DNA of 63,996 bases, the filler included, from Chiloscyllium plagiosum (taxonomy: Eukaryota), in NCBI RefSeq assembly GCF_004010195.1. It is 4 parts of one record of this genome, joined end to end, with 100 filler letters (N's around TTAATTAATTAA, not from the genome) between each part and the next. Parts side by side here need not be neighbours in the genome. Positions count along the whole stretch, not along the records: positions 55,096 to 63,996 come from NC_057715.1; 3 more parts are not named here. One strand, given 5' to 3'. Within the stretch, counting starts at the first letter, position 1, and each line of letters begins with the position of its first letter. Below the pieces are notes generated by a model. The model had not been told where the DNA came from and did no database searches. It saw only the letters and a list, made by a program, of their open reading frames with translations. Both the position numbers and the translations under genes were made by a program. Positions 63,170-63,996 of this stretch are shown in pieces.

Positions 63170-63996
63170 ACCTGTAGCGGGCAGCGGTGTTTTTTATTCT
63201 CTCTTCACAAAAAGAGCGGGAGCAGCAGAGGAAGTGACGGCAAACAGAGGGGCAGCCGGGAAGGAGAACTGTGAGTATAAATGCTCACCCTTTAATCACC
63301 AACGGTCATTTGAGTGGGAGCAGCGGAAGTGAGGTTGGAGCGCATAGCTGGGCGGGAAGGTAAGTGATTAGTATTTGAGTGGGTGTGTTCTAGACCCCAG
63401 GTCCTACTTCCGTAGGGCCTCCCTCCCACCCTCCTCCTCTAACCTAACTTTAAAGTCCACAGGTAAGTGACTCAGTGTTATTGACTCAGTGTTCTTGTTT
63501 TTGGAGAAAGTGTACAGTCATGGCAGCGCAGGCGGTGAAATGTTCCTCCTGCAGGATGTTTGAGGTAGGGGTGACCACCGATACTCCTGCCAACTTCGTC
63601 TGCAGGAAATGCAGTCAGATCCTGACCCTCACCGAACGAGTTAGGGAACTGGAACTGGAGTTGGATGAACTGAGGATTATTCGAGAGGCCGAGAGGGTGA
63701 TTGATAGAAGCTACAGGGACATAGTAACGCCGGAGAACAGAGGTAGCTGGGTAACAGTTAGAGGTGGGAAGGGGAAGAAGCAGGCAGTGCAGGGTTCCCC
63801 TGTGGTCGTTCCCCTAAAAAAAATAAATATACAGCTTTGGAAACTGTTGGGGGGGACAGCGTTGCAGGTGTAAGCTGCAGTGAAGGGGTCTGTGGCACTG
63901 AGACTCAGAAGGGAAAGGGGGAGAGGAGGAGAGCGCTAGTTATAGGGGACTCTCTAGTTAGAGGGACGGACAGGCGGTTCTGTGGACATGGGCAAG
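63170..63996 (+). mobile_element. CR1 LINE 5' UTR and ORF1 (ATG 63520; zinc finger, leucine zipper, start of esterase), running off the window
   Basis: CSSC...CRKC, LTERVRELELELDEL, WVTV, then ALVIGDSLVRG after a frameshift near 63815. Confidence 0.88.

Overview
Repeat-dense vertebrate DNA, almost certainly shark or other cartilaginous fish (HE1-type V-SINEs, CR1/HER1-like LINEs, many Penelope-like elements). The only recognisable host gene is coding exon 1 of an ARGLU1-like gene (+, ATG 2320, donor GTGAGT at 2625) in a CpG island; its later exons were not found in the window. The richest region is 47.1-56 kb. It holds a minus-strand, internally deleted class I (gamma/epsilon-like) endogenous retrovirus with a tRNA-Ser PBS, a 1.4-kb leader minisatellite, gag matrix plus late domains, integrase, and apparent LTRs of only ~146 bp. 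Its env-position ORF carries a signal peptide and a calcium-binding-EGF-like cysteine pattern, and decayed ORFs sit upstream of the PBS-proximal LTR copy. Next to it lies a second, CpG-rich 782-bp LTR with a tRNA-Trp PBS and an E2F/ETS/E-box/CRE tandem array in U3. Many Penelope pseudo-LTRs carry minimal hammerhead ribozyme cores. Three 100-bp gaps contain an artificial TTAATTAATTAA linker. All calls are by eye; repeat boundaries are approximate and no searches were run.
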